From NCBI GenBank assembly GCA_963745235.1, contig CAVUXE010000009.1, positions 96,001 through 160,000 of the forward strand: a stretch of DNA of 64,000 nucleotides, given 5' to 3'. The position numbers and the translations under genes are program-made. Position 1 is the stretch's first letter. Each line of letters opens with the position of its first letter. The notes beneath the pieces are model-generated. The model made no database searches. It saw only the letters and a list, made by a program, of their open reading frames with translations, and was not told the origin of the DNA. Source of the stretch: an uncultured Spirochaetota bacterium (lineage in GTDB: Bacteria > Spirochaetota > Spirochaetia > SZUA-6 > Fen-1364). Of this stretch, positions 9,747-20,332 are shown in pieces.

Positions 9747-11088
9747 GATACTGCGGAAGACCGGCGTGCGAGTGTACAGCGACGAAGCCCGCGCGCTGCT
9801 CCAGGATGCCGGATGTCTTGTGACGGACGGCAACCTGGTTCGCATCCCCCCCGCAGCCGTGGAGTGGGCGCTTGCGCACGTCCCTTCCACTATAGCCTTG
9901 TGCGATCGGGGCTCGACGACAGCCAGCGTCAGGCTGACCCCGGGAGAGTCCAGCTTCGGCCCGGGCTCTGACTGCCCGAACTATCTCGACCCGAAGGACG
10001 GGGCGCGTCGCCCGTTCACGCTTGCCGACCTGGATGGCTGCGTTCGCCTGGCCGATGCCCTTCCCGAGATCTCTTTCCTCATGTCCATGGGGATTCCCCG
10101 CGACTATCGCGGCAACGCGTACCGACGGCAATATGCAACCCTGATCCAGGGAAGCAGGAAGCCGGTTGTGTTCGTCTGCAACGACGCGGCTGACTGCCGC
10201 GCAATCACGGCGGCGGCTGCCGCAGTGGCGGGCGGAACGGAGGAGCTGCGCCTCAATCCCACGCTGCTCCTGTACTCGGAGCCGACAACGCCGCTTTCCC
10301 ACAGCGCGACGGCCACGGAGAAGCTCCTCTTCATGGCGGCGCGCGGGCTTCCGGTGGTGCACTCCCCCGCCCCCATGATGGGCAGCACCGCCCCCGTCAC
10401 GGTTGCGGGCGGTCTTGCCCTCGGCAATGCCGAAGTCCTGAGCAGCATCGTCATTCACCAGAAGAAGCGGCCCGGCGCCCCGTTCCTGTACGGAAGCGGT
10501 CTTCATCACATGGACATGAAGACGTCAATCAGCGTCTATGGCGCGCCGGAGTTCCAGATTGCACGCGTTGCGGTGGCATGCATGGGGAGGCACTACGGCC
10601 TCCCTACCTGGGGGTACGCCGGCCATTCGGACGGCATCCTGTTCGATGAACAGGCCGCCGCTGACGCGGTGTTCTCCGTCCAGACTGCTCTTCTCAGCGG
10701 GACAAACCTCATCCACGACGTCGGGTACCTGGAGGCGGGTCTCATCACGTCCCCGGAGATGATGGTGTTCACGGCAGACATGATCCGCATGATGCGGCAC
10801 TTCACCGACGGGTTCGGCATGAGCTCGGAAGATCTTGCCCTGGAGGCCATCCACGCCGTGGGGCCCGGAGGCAACTACCTCGGTGAGGAGCACACCCTCC
10901 GGCATTTCCGCGAGATGTGGCAGCCTGAGCTCTTCGACAGGCAGCGTTTCGACAGCTGGCAGGCCTCCGGCTCGAAGAGTCTTCGGGCCCGGCTGCGGGA
11001 GAAGACACTCGAGATCATGGCGAGCCACCCCGGCGCCCCGTTGTCCGATCCCTTGCGGAAGGAAGTGGAGAAGGTCCTGGAGCTCTAG
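9661..11088 (+). CDS. Trimethylamine methyltransferase (MttB/COG5598) family, non-pyrrolysine
   Basis: IHQASLEILRKTGV, GSTAPVTVAG, GPGGNYL; no in-frame TAG; GAGGAG RBS and GTG start. Confidence 0.9.
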   Translation: MRNDSARAIPRLELMDREQCEKIHQASLEILRKTGVRVYSDEARALLQDAGCLVTDGNLVRIPPAAVEWALAHVPSTIALCDRGSTTASVRLTPGESSFGPGSDCPNYLDPKDGARRPFTLADLDGCVRLADALPEISFLMSMGIPRDYRGNAYRRQYATLIQGSRKPVVFVCNDAADCRAITAAAAAVAGGTEELRLNPTLLLYSEPTTPLSHSATATEKLLFMAARGLPVVHSPAPMMGSTAPVTVAGGLALGNAEVLSSIVIHQKKRPGAPFLYGSGLHHMDMKTSISVYGAPEFQIARVAVACMGRHYGLPTWGYAGHSDGILFDEQAAADAVFSVQTALLSGTNLIHDVGYLEAGLITSPEMMVFTADMIRMMRHFTDGFGMSSEDLALEAIHAVGPGGNYLGEEHTLRHFREMWQPELFDRQRFDSWQASGSKSLRARLREKTLEIMASHPGAPLSDPLRKEVEKVLEL

Positions 11089-11118
11089 GCTGGCAGGCGC
11101 GCGGAGTGGGCTTCGACC

Positions 11119-13316
11119 TCAGGAGGCCGCGGCCGCGGACCCCGCCTTGATGACATCGCAAAGAAGGGCCTTGTAGACGGGGAACCCGGAAATGGGATCA
11201 CGGTTGTCGGCATCCGTGAGCTCGTTGACGTTGCTGCTCTTCCAGCCCCCCATGGCAATGGGACTCCCTCCATGAGCGTCCGCCTCCACTGAGCCCGCCA
11301 TGATGTCCTCTGTGACGAAGGCCTGAAAGCGCACGCGGCCGCGGGGGCTCACCACGTCCACCGGGTCTCCCGAGGAAACCCCTCTGACCGCGGCGTCCTG
11401 GGGATGGATCCAGACAAGGGGACACGGCCGTTGGCGCACCAGGGCCGGGATGTTGTGGTGCTGCGAGTTGAGAAACGACTTGGCCCGCGCCCCGGAGTTC
11501 AACACAAGAGGGTATCTGGCCGCCAGCTCGGGGTTGCCTATCGGCCCTTCAGCGGGCGGTGTAAAGACCGGCAGCGGGTCGTAGCCGGAAGCTCTGCAGG
11601 ATTGTGGAAGCAATCTCCAGCTTTCCGGAAGGCGTCGGGAACCCCGGCGCGCCATCCGCGCGAAGGAGCCCCCTCTCCCACTTGCGATATTCCACCTGCC
11701 TGGCGGGCAGCGGCACACCGTCCGGGCTGTGCTCAAGTGCATCAAGGTCGATTCCCGTGCCCTCGAAGGCCCATTCGAGCATCTGGCGGGATGAGCGCGG
11801 GAAAAGGTGGCCGTAGCCAAGCCGGTCTGCGATCCCGGAAACGATATCCCAGTCGCTGCGCGACTCTCCCAGAGGCTCCACCACCTTGCGGCGCAGTCTC
11901 ACGCGGTCCCCCGAGACGAGGTACGAGTCGCTCTCGAAAGATGTCGCCGCCGGGAAGGATGATGTCGGCGTACCGCGAGTCTGCCGTCGGGTAGCGGTCC
12001 ACCACGAGCAGGAAGTCCAGCGCCGAAAAGCTGCGCCTCCAGAGACCCGGGGTCGGATAGCCCGTCAGCACGGAGGCGCCGAACACGAGCAGGCCGCGAA
12101 CCGGGTACGGGCGGCTCTCCAGGATGGCCGCCGGAAGGTCCATGGCCTGCGCTTCCTTGCGGAAGGAGTAGTAGAGGGGGTAGGTGGTCGAGCCAACGGG
12201 AGCTGCCCCGACGGGGGGAGCCAGCCGGTGTCCGGTGCTCACCCTGAACCCGGCGTCCGGCGAGGCGAAGACGTTTCCGCCCGGCACGTCGATATTGCCC
12301 GTGAGCGCCCACAGGATGAGGATGGCCCGGATGTTCTGCACCGCGCTGTTCGTATATTCGAGGCCGGAGTAGACAAGAAGCGCCGCCCCCTGCGCGGCCG
12401 CGATGTCGCGGGCCACGGACCGGATCACCTGCGGCGGGACTCCAGTTATCGACGAAGCATGCTCCGGTGTGAACCGTGAAACATACGCGCGCAGCTCCTC
12501 GAAACCCGTGGTCCACTCCCTGGCAAAGGGCTCGTCGTACAAGCCCTCCCGGACGATCACGTTGATCATTGCCAGTGCCAGCGCGCCGTCTGTGCCCGGC
12601 CGCACGGGGACCCATTGAGCGTCAGCACGCACCGCGGTCTCGGTTCGCCGATGGTCTATCGCGATGACTCGGGCCCCGCGCTTTCGTGCCTTCAGGAGCC
12701 GCTCCATCAGCTCCGGAGGGGACGCGTTGGCCGGGTTCGTGCCCCACACCACGACGAGGTCTGAGCTTTCAAGGTCGGCATAGGTATCTGCCCACCAGAT
12801 TCCCATTGTGGTGGCAGGCGCAATCACCGCCTGGCTCACGTAGCAGTTGGAGCCCGCCCCCGTGGTATTGGGAGATCCCAGGGGAAAGAGGAGGCTCCAG
12901 GCGCAGCTCTCCCGAACCCCGGCAGGGGCCAGCATCTCCCACAGCGACCGCTCGAACGTGCCCCGGCCGGTGTACGTGCACAGCGCCTCGGGGCCGAACC
13001 GCGAGGCTATCTCGCTCACCCGGGAGGCAACCGTGTCCAGCGCCTCGTCCCAGCTCACCCGGTGAAACCTGTTTTCTCCGCGGTTTCCATCCCGGGCAAG
13101 AGGATGCAGGAGCCGGTCGGGTGAATACAGGATCTCCGCGGCCCGGCTCACCCGCCTGCAGCAGATGCCGTTGGGACGGCTGGGATCAGGGACGACGCGA
13201 ATGATGCGGTCCCCTTGCAGCGTAATGGTCACGGAGCATCCCGAAGCGCAGATGCCGCAGTTGCCGGGAACAATGCGCTGGGCAGGCTGGTGAGGCGGTT
13301 GAGAAGACCCTTTCAT
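11119..13316 (-). CDS. Molybdopterin (bis-MGD) oxidoreductase with N-terminal 4Fe-4S (frameshifts near 11955 and 11590)
   Basis: CGICASGC...C, WGTNP, RPGTDGAL, ADIILP, TPSGKLE and a C-terminal MPT-dinucleotide domain. Confidence 0.88.
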
Positions 13317-13417
13317 CAAGGTGCCCATCATAGCGCCCTATCGGCTCCCGAGACAACATGATGAATCGGCAGGGCGAATTGGTTGCCCGGCGCAATTATT
13401 CGTCCCTGAAAATGCAC

Positions 13418-13445
13418 TTGCACTCGGATGGTCTTCTTCTATAAT
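13418..13445 (+). promoter_or_regulatory. sigma70-type promoter for the ABC operon
   Basis: TTGCAC, 16 nt, TATAAT. Confidence 0.55.
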
Positions 13446-13473
13446 GAGGCGCTGTGAAAGGGGGATGATCCTC

Positions 13474-15000
13474 ATGCCACACAAGTTATCCATGCGTCTT
13501 CTTGCCGTAGCGGCGCTCTTGTCGGCAGCTGTCCTGGCTCAGGCGGCGCCGACGCCCGGGGGCGTGATGAAGATCGGCAGCCAGCCCGTCAGCAACCTGG
13601 ATCCGCACTTTGCCACCTCCATTGCTGACATTACGCTGCTCGAGCAGGTCTACCAGCATCTCACCTACATCGACCCCAACAACCGGGCCGTTCCCGACCT
13701 GGCCACCAAGTGGCAGTCAGCGGACGGCAAGGTCTGGGTGTTCACCATCCGCGGTGACGCGAAGTTCTCCAGCGGGGAGCCGGTGACCGTGGACGACGTG
13801 ATTGCCAGCTTCAACCGTCTGCGTGACCCCAAGGTGGGAAGCCCCGCTGCCAGCCTCTTCAAGGGCATCCAGGACATCAAGGGGCTGGACGCCTCCCGGG
13901 TGCAGTTCACGCTTTCCGACACGAACCCTGAGTTCGCAAGCGACGTGGGGGACTACCACGCGTGCATCATCCCCGCATCCAGCAAGGACCCGGGCAAGGA
14001 CAGAATAGGAAGCGGACCCTTCATGATCGACTCCTATTCCCCTGAAGACCGCATCGTGCTGAAGAAGAACCCGTACTTCGCCGCCAAGGATTCCAATGGC
14101 CAGGCCCTCCCGTACCTGGATGAGATCGACATCATCTTCTCTCCTGACCAGGGTGGCCAGGTGGAGGCTCTTCGCGGCGGCCAGCTCAACTACGTTGCCG
14201 GCCTGAGCGCCCAGCTGGCTGACGCCGTCTCGAAAGACCCGCAGACAAAGATCATCAGGAACACGTCGAACATGCACTGGGTCATCCACATGCGCTCCGA
14301 CAAGGGCCATCTTGCTTCCGACAACAGGATCCGTGAGGCCTTCAAGCTGGCAACGGATCACCAGGCCATTGTGGACGCGGTGAGGCCGGGGCTCGCTTCA
14401 GTTGGCAATGGCTTCACGCCCGTTGGCCCGGCGTTCGCTGACTACTACCTGGACAAGGCGCCCAAGGTCGACATTGCGCGGGCAAAGAAGCTTCTCGCCG
14501 AGGCGGGATATCCCAACGGTCTGAAGATCACCCTGGCCACCCAGAACCAGCTGGATGTCGTCCCGATTGCCACGGTCTGGAAAGAACAGCTGGCGAAGAT
14601 CGGCGTCCAGGTGGACATCCAGATAGTCCCCTCCGATGTGTACTACGGGAACGGGGACCAGAGCTGGCTCGTTGCAGACTTCGGCATCACGGATTGGGGC
14701 TCGCGCGCGACGCCTGTCACCTACTTCAAGCTCGCTTACACGAGCGACGCGCAGTGGAACGAGAGCCACTGGTCTGATGCCCAGTTCGACGAGATCACGA
14801 GCAAGGTCGACAAGGAAATGGACAAGGCCAGGCGCGTTGCGCTGTACAAGCAGGCCCAGCAGATCCTCATCGACCGCGGTCCGGTCATCGTCGCCTATTT
14901 CGAAAAGGCGGTTGCCGGCCTCAGCGCGAACCTCCAGGGCGTGGTCCTGACCTCTGACTGGCCAAGGACCCGGTTCACCAACGCCTGGCTCTCGAAGTAG
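13474..15000 (+). CDS. Family 5 (peptide/nickel-type) ABC substrate-binding protein
   Basis: Signal peptide; LDP, GSGPF and AKKLLAEAG motifs. Confidence 0.92.
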   Translation: MPHKLSMRLLAVAALLSAAVLAQAAPTPGGVMKIGSQPVSNLDPHFATSIADITLLEQVYQHLTYIDPNNRAVPDLATKWQSADGKVWVFTIRGDAKFSSGEPVTVDDVIASFNRLRDPKVGSPAASLFKGIQDIKGLDASRVQFTLSDTNPEFASDVGDYHACIIPASSKDPGKDRIGSGPFMIDSYSPEDRIVLKKNPYFAAKDSNGQALPYLDEIDIIFSPDQGGQVEALRGGQLNYVAGLSAQLADAVSKDPQTKIIRNTSNMHWVIHMRSDKGHLASDNRIREAFKLATDHQAIVDAVRPGLASVGNGFTPVGPAFADYYLDKAPKVDIARAKKLLAEAGYPNGLKITLATQNQLDVVPIATVWKEQLAKIGVQVDIQIVPSDVYYGNGDQSWLVADFGITDWGSRATPVTYFKLAYTSDAQWNESHWSDAQFDEITSKVDKEMDKARRVALYKQAQQILIDRGPVIVAYFEKAVAGLSANLQGVVLTSDWPRTRFTNAWLSK

Positions 15001-15024
15001 AGCCTCGTCGTCTCCCAGCGCGCG

Positions 15025-15888
15025 ATGAGCGACCCAGGGACAGCCTCGCCCTCCCGCGGTCTCTCGCGCGTGCTGGGACGCCTTCGGCGCAATCCGGCGG
15101 CCCTCGCTGGCACGGTGGTCTTCCTCTTCTTTCTGCTCATGGCCCTCATCGGGCCCCTGGTGGCGCCCTACAGCTTTGAAGCCCAGAACATAGCGCAGCG
15201 GCTCAGGCCCCCGGATGCGGCCCACCTCCTGGGAACAGACCAGTACGGCCGGGACATCCTGAGCCGGATCCTTACGGGGAGCAGGGGGATCTTCCTCTTG
15301 AGCGGGACGGGCACCCTCCTGGCCGCCTTCATCGGTGTCTCCCTGGGGCTTTTCTCCGGCTTCTACGGGCGCCTCTGGGACGAGGTCCTCATGCGCATCC
15401 TCGACGTGCTCCTCTCCTTTCCGCCCCTGCTCTTTGCGCTGCTTCTGCTCGCTACCCTGGGCCCCTCCCCGCTCAACCTGCTGCTGGTGATATCTGTCCT
15501 CTACGTCCCGATGCTTGCGCGCCTTGCCCGCAGCACGGTGCTCGACCTCCGCACACGGGAGTTCGTCGAAGCGGCGCGCATCCGCGGGGAGCGTGACCTG
15601 GCCATCCTTTTCCGGGAGATCCTTCCCAACGCCCTGGGCCCCATCCTGGTGGAGATCTCGGTGAGATTCTCCTACTCGATCTTCCTTGTCGCCTCCCTGG
15701 GTTTCCTGGGGTTGGGCGTCCAGCCTCCCTCCCCCGATTGGGGGCTGCAGATCAACGAGGCGCGAAGCTTTTTTGCCACCGCCCCGTGGATCCTGCTCTT
15801 TCCGGCCGGGGCCATCTCGCTCCTGGTGGTGGCCACCAACCTCATGACGGACGGGCTGCGGCAGGTCCTGCAGCCGGGGTCACGGTAG
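15025..15888 (+). CDS. ABC permease, DppC/OppC-like
   Basis: HLLGTDQYGRD, EFVEAA (EAA loop), PPSPDWG. Confidence 0.93.
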   Translation: MSDPGTASPSRGLSRVLGRLRRNPAALAGTVVFLFFLLMALIGPLVAPYSFEAQNIAQRLRPPDAAHLLGTDQYGRDILSRILTGSRGIFLLSGTGTLLAAFIGVSLGLFSGFYGRLWDEVLMRILDVLLSFPPLLFALLLLATLGPSPLNLLLVISVLYVPMLARLARSTVLDLRTREFVEAARIRGERDLAILFREILPNALGPILVEISVRFSYSIFLVASLGFLGLGVQPPSPDWGLQINEARSFFATAPWILLFPAGAISLLVVATNLMTDGLRQVLQPGSR

Positions 15889-15890
15889 CC

Positions 15891-17963
15891 ATGGCGGACC
15901 AGGCAACGGTGTTCCAGGCGGCGGACCTCTCCATCGGCTACCGCACGGAGTCGGGGCTCCTGCCCGCCGTGCGGGGCGCCACCTTCAGCGTCCACGAAAA
16001 AGAATGCTTCGGCGTGGTCGGGGAGTCCGGTTCGGGCAAGACAACGCTTGCAATGGGTGCCATCAACTATCTCAGCGAGAACGGGGAAGTCCTCGGCGGC
16101 TCCTCAAGGCTTCGCGGCCAGGAGATCACGAGCCTTCGCCGCTTCCAGATGCGGAGGATCTGGGGAAGCCGCATCGGCATGGTTTACCAGAACCCCTCCG
16201 CGGCCCTCAATCCCTCCCTGCGCATTGGTGAGCAGCTGTGCGAAGTGGCCCGCCGGCATCTCGGCCTGTCCCGCAGATTGGCAGGGGAGGCATCCCGGGA
16301 GATGCTTGCCCGGGTGGCCATGCCGGACCCCGTTGCGATCATGCAGCGCTATCCCCATCAGCTCTCCGGGGGGATGCTGCAGCGATGCGTCATTGCGATG
16401 GCGATGATCACACGGCCCGAGCTTCTCATCCTGGATGAGCCCACGACGGCGCTCGACGTGACGACGCAGGCGGTGGTGCTCGACCTGGTGGCTCAGCTCA
16501 CGAAAGAGCTCGATTCAGCAGTCCTCTACATCACGCATGACCTGGCAGTTGTCTCGAAGCTGTGCGACAGGGTGGGCGTGATGTACGCGGGGGAGTTCTT
16601 CGAGCAGGCGCCCGTCAGGGAGCTCTACCACGCCCCTCTTCATCCCTACACGCTGGGCCTCCTGGGGTGCGTTCCCCGCTTCGATCCCGAGGGAGGAAAG
16701 CACCTTCTTGCGAGCATCCCGGGGTCCATTCCCCGCCTGGACAGGCTGCCCGCGGGCTGCATCTTCGCCGCGCGCTGTCCGTTCGTCCAGGACAGGTGCC
16801 GCACATCTTCCCCGCCCCTGCGGGAGGTACGCCCTGGCCACTTCAGCGCCTGCCTGCGATGGGACGAGCTGCCTACTGCCGCGGAGTACGCGCGATCCAC
16901 CCCGGCCGTCCCCGCTCATAAGGAGGAACGGCCGGAGGTCCTTCGCGCGGTGGAAATCAAAAAGAGCTTTCCGCCGACGGAAAGGCTCTTCGGGTCGGGG
17001 GGCAGGAAGAGCATGAGTGTCCGCGCCGTGGATGGCGTCACCCTCTGGGTCCGCAAGGGGAACACCCTTGGGGTGGTTGGGGAAAGCGGATGCGGGAAGA
17101 CAACGCTGCTTCGGGTGATCAGCGGCCTGGCGCCGGGGACCTCGGGGGACCTGCTGCTGGATGGCCGGAAGCTGGAACGAAGCGTCCAGCGACGCCCCCG
17201 GAAAGTTCTGAAGATGCTTCAGATGGTGTTCCAGAATCCCGAGGCATCGCTGAACCCCCGCCACACCGCTGGGCGCGCCATCGCGAGGCCGCTGCGCCTT
17301 CTTGCCGGGCTCTCCCGCCGTGAGGCGCGCGGCCGGGTCTCGGAGCTGTTGCAGGCGGTCAACCTTCCCCCCGCTTTTTCCCGCCGGCTGCCGGAAGAGC
17401 TGAGCGGCGGGGAGAAGCAGCGGGTCGCCATTGCGCGGGCGTTCGCCGCATCCCCCCGGATCATCCTTCTCGACGAGCCCCTTTCCTCACTGGATGTCTC
17501 CGTGCAGGCGTCACTGGTCAACCTGCTCTGCGAGCTGCAGGAGAGGAACAACGTCTCCTATCTCTTCATCTCCCACGACCTTGCGGCTGTCCAGCACCTT
17601 TCCCACTGGATCGCGGTCATGTATCTCGGGATCCTCATGGAATGGGGCGATGCGGAAGATGTCTTTGCGCCGCCCTTTCATCCCTACACGGAGGCGCTCC
17701 TCTCCGCCATCCCCGTGGCGGACCCTGACATCAGGCAGCGCCCCATCCGCCTGGAAGGCAGCGTCCCCAGCGCGGCGAACGTTCCCTCCGGTTGCAGGTT
17801 CCACACCCGGTGCCCCCGCAAGATCGGCAGGATCTGCGAGACGGAGACTCCGCCGTGGCGGGAAGGGAGAAACCACCACAGTATCTACTGCCACATCCCG
17901 CTGGAGGAGCTCAGGCGGCTCCAGGCCGACACCATTGCCAGGACGACGAAGGGCGATGGCTGA
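15891..17963 (+). CDS. ABC ATP-binding protein, fused DppD-DppF
   Basis: Two NBDs (GESGSGKT with LSGGM; GESGCGKT with LSGGE) and oligo_HPY tails. Confidence 0.93.
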   Translation: MADQATVFQAADLSIGYRTESGLLPAVRGATFSVHEKECFGVVGESGSGKTTLAMGAINYLSENGEVLGGSSRLRGQEITSLRRFQMRRIWGSRIGMVYQNPSAALNPSLRIGEQLCEVARRHLGLSRRLAGEASREMLARVAMPDPVAIMQRYPHQLSGGMLQRCVIAMAMITRPELLILDEPTTALDVTTQAVVLDLVAQLTKELDSAVLYITHDLAVVSKLCDRVGVMYAGEFFEQAPVRELYHAPLHPYTLGLLGCVPRFDPEGGKHLLASIPGSIPRLDRLPAGCIFAARCPFVQDRCRTSSPPLREVRPGHFSACLRWDELPTAAEYARSTPAVPAHKEERPEVLRAVEIKKSFPPTERLFGSGGRKSMSVRAVDGVTLWVRKGNTLGVVGESGCGKTTLLRVISGLAPGTSGDLLLDGRKLERSVQRRPRKVLKMLQMVFQNPEASLNPRHTAGRAIARPLRLLAGLSRREARGRVSELLQAVNLPPAFSRRLPEELSGGEKQRVAIARAFAASPRIILLDEPLSSLDVSVQASLVNLLCELQERNNVSYLFISHDLAAVQHLSHWIAVMYLGILMEWGDAEDVFAPPFHPYTEALLSAIPVADPDIRQRPIRLEGSVPSAANVPSGCRFHTRCPRKIGRICETETPPWREGRNHHSIYCHIPLEELRRLQADTIARTTKGDG

Positions 17964-18908
17964 ATGCTGCGCTTCATCACGCGACGGCTTGGCCTGGTAC
18001 TGCTCACCCTGCTGATCTCCTCGGTGCTGATTTTCCTGGTGACGCAGATTCTCCCCGGGGACGTGGCCCGGGCAATCCTCGGCAGGTTTGCCACGCCCCA
18101 GGCGCTCGCCAACCTGAGGGAGAAGCTCGGCCTGGACCGCCCTCTCCTGGTCCAGTACGGGAGCTGGCTGATGCACTACGTCCAGGGGGACTGGGGTCTG
18201 TCCCTTTCGACGGGAGAGCCGGTTTTCCCCCTCGTGACGACCCGGCTTCGCAACTCCGGCATGCTGGCTCTCGTTGCCTTCATCATGTACGTCCCCCTGG
18301 GCATCATCCTGGGGCTTTTCTCCGCTCTTCGCCGGACAAAGGTCTTCGACCAGGTGGTGTCCATCACGTCCCTGGCATTCATCGGCCTGCCGGAGTTCGT
18401 GACGGGGCTCGTCCTCATTGCCATTTTTGCGATCGGCCTGAACTGGCTGCCCGCGAGCTCCGCAATCCGGCCCGATTCAGGTTTCATTGCCGCGCTTCCG
18501 CGCCTCATTCTGCCCGGCATCACGGTCTCCCTGGTGAGCCTGGCATATATCACGCGCATGACGCGCTCCAGCACCGCCACGGTCCTGGAGACGGATTACG
18601 TTCGAAGCGCATACCTCAAGGGCCTGCACCCGCTGCGCGTCCTGTTCACGCACGTGCTTCGAAACTCCCTGCTTCCCACGGTGACGGTGATTGCCGTGGG
18701 GATCGGATGGCTCATCGGGGGACTGATCGTGACGGAGTCCCTGTTCAGCTACCCGGGGCTCGGGAGGCTGCTGTTGTTTGCCATCCAGCGCAGGGACCTG
18801 CCGCTCCTCCAGGCAATTACATTGCTCCTTGTCGTTGTCTTCAGCCTTTCCAATCTTCTGGCCGACATCCTCTACGCTCTGCTGAACCCTCGAATCCGCT
18901 ACACGTAG
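17964..18908 (+). CDS. ABC permease, DppB/OppB-like
   Basis: PGD, GLDRP, DYVRSAYLKG and NPRI motifs. Confidence 0.93.
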   Translation: MLRFITRRLGLVLLTLLISSVLIFLVTQILPGDVARAILGRFATPQALANLREKLGLDRPLLVQYGSWLMHYVQGDWGLSLSTGEPVFPLVTTRLRNSGMLALVAFIMYVPLGIILGLFSALRRTKVFDQVVSITSLAFIGLPEFVTGLVLIAIFAIGLNWLPASSAIRPDSGFIAALPRLILPGITVSLVSLAYITRMTRSSTATVLETDYVRSAYLKGLHPLRVLFTHVLRNSLLPTVTVIAVGIGWLIGGLIVTESLFSYPGLGRLLLFAIQRRDLPLLQAITLLLVVVFSLSNLLADILYALLNPRIRYT

Positions 18909-18971
18909 CGGAAGCCCCGCGCCGCGCTTCGCCGCTCCCGGGTCCCAATCTCCCGTTTGCCGGCGCGACAC

Positions 18972-18983
18972 TTTAGTACTAAA
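18972..18983. promoter_or_regulatory. Palindrome TTTAGTACTAAA, candidate MarR operator
   Basis: Perfect AT-rich palindrome 7 nt before the MarR ATG, overlapping the -10 region. Confidence 0.6.
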
Positions 18984-18990
18984 TTATGGC

Positions 18991-19524
18991 ATGAACACAG
19001 GCGGACGCGGAGGACCGGCGGCTCAGAGAGCCGGCTCGGAAGGTCGCTGCTCGCCGGCGCGGACACGGCGCGCAGTTGCAACCTGGCTCAGGCTGGCGAA
19101 GCTCGTGAGCGGGCAGCACGCAGCCCTCGGGGCGCGGTTGCGGGACTCCGGACTGAGCCTGGCGCAGTTCGACGTCATCGCCCAGATCGGGGCATCCGAA
19201 GGGCTGACGCAGAAAGAGCTTGCAGATCGGCTCGTGGTGACCCCTGGTAATGTCACCCAGCTGCTGCAGAAGCTGGAGAAGAGGAGGCTCGTCGTTCGGC
19301 CGCCGAGCGGCCGGTGCAACAGCGTCCGGCTGACGGCCGCCGGCAGGAGCCTGCATGACGGCCTTGTGCCCGGGCAGGAGCGTGCAGTTGCCCGACTCTT
19401 TCTCAGGCTCACGGACGTGGAGCTGGAAACGCTTTCCCGCTTGTTGCGGAAAGTCACTCGCGCGCAACGCGAGCAAAACGAGGAATCGGGGCGGGGAGCC
19501 CCGGAGGAGGACTCACATGAGTGA
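18991..19524 (+). CDS. MarR family regulator
   Basis: LSLAQFDVI, LTQKELA, LEKRRLV and VRLT..G winged helix. Confidence 0.88.
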   Translation: MNTGGRGGPAAQRAGSEGRCSPARTRRAVATWLRLAKLVSGQHAALGARLRDSGLSLAQFDVIAQIGASEGLTQKELADRLVVTPGNVTQLLQKLEKRRLVVRPPSGRCNSVRLTAAGRSLHDGLVPGQERAVARLFLRLTDVELETLSRLLRKVTRAQREQNEESGRGAPEEDSHE

Positions 19525-20176
19525 AAAGGCGAAAATCGCCATCGTCTATTACAGCGCCATGGGGCACGCCTACCAGGTCGCGAAGGCCTTCGAGGCGGGC
19601 GCCAAGGCCGAAGGGGCGGAGGTCAGGCTCCGCAAGGTGAAGGAGCTTGCCACTCCCGAGGTGATTGCGACCAACCCGGCGTGGAAGGCCCACCTGGAGG
19701 CGACAAAGGATGTTCCCGAGGTGACACTCGCCGACCTGGAGTGGGCCAATGGGTTCATCTTCGGCAGCCCGACGCGCTACGGCGTCATGGCTGCGCAGCT
19801 GAAGCAGTTTTTCGACTCCACCGGCCCGCTCTGGGGGCAGGGGAAGCTTTCGCACAAGCCCGTCACCGCTTTTGCCGGGGCAATGAACCCGCACGGCGGC
19901 CAGGTCAACACCATCAACTCCATCTACTCAGTCATGCAGCACTGGGGCACCATTGTTGTCCCGACCGGCTACACGGATTCGAGCATCTATGCGGCAGGAG
20001 GAAGCCCGTACGGTGTCATCTACACTGCGGCGGCCCGGGAAAGCACGTCCGTGGAAGAGCCGGTCCTGGCCGCGGCACGCTACATGGGAGCCCGCCTGGC
20101 GCGCTACGCGGAGGTGCTGGCGGCAAACAGGGAGCGGCTGCTGTCCGCCCCGGGAGCAGGCACCAGGGCGGCGTGA
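19517..20176 (+). CDS. wrbA: NAD(P)H:quinone oxidoreductase, WrbA type
   Basis: YYSAMGH, GSPTRYG, HGGQ, GGSPYG; GGAGG RBS. Confidence 0.92.
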   Translation: MSEKAKIAIVYYSAMGHAYQVAKAFEAGAKAEGAEVRLRKVKELATPEVIATNPAWKAHLEATKDVPEVTLADLEWANGFIFGSPTRYGVMAAQLKQFFDSTGPLWGQGKLSHKPVTAFAGAMNPHGGQVNTINSIYSVMQHWGTIVVPTGYTDSSIYAAGGSPYGVIYTAAARESTSVEEPVLAAARYMGARLARYAEVLAANRERLLSAPGAGTRAA

Positions 20177-20332
20177 CGGGACTGACGAGGCTGCGCGGCG
20201 GGAAAGCGGAAACGCATCCCCGCCGCGTTTGCCTGTCAGCAGGCGAATTGCTGCGTGCTCGAGCCTCAAGGGAGTGTCGGAAGCAATGGTCGTCTACCGG
20301 GTGAAGCCGAGGGAAATGATGTCCGTGGGCAC

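Noticed and set aside
9661-11088. Pyrrolysine usage in the MttB homolog
   Set aside because: No in-frame TAG and no pyl genes in the window.
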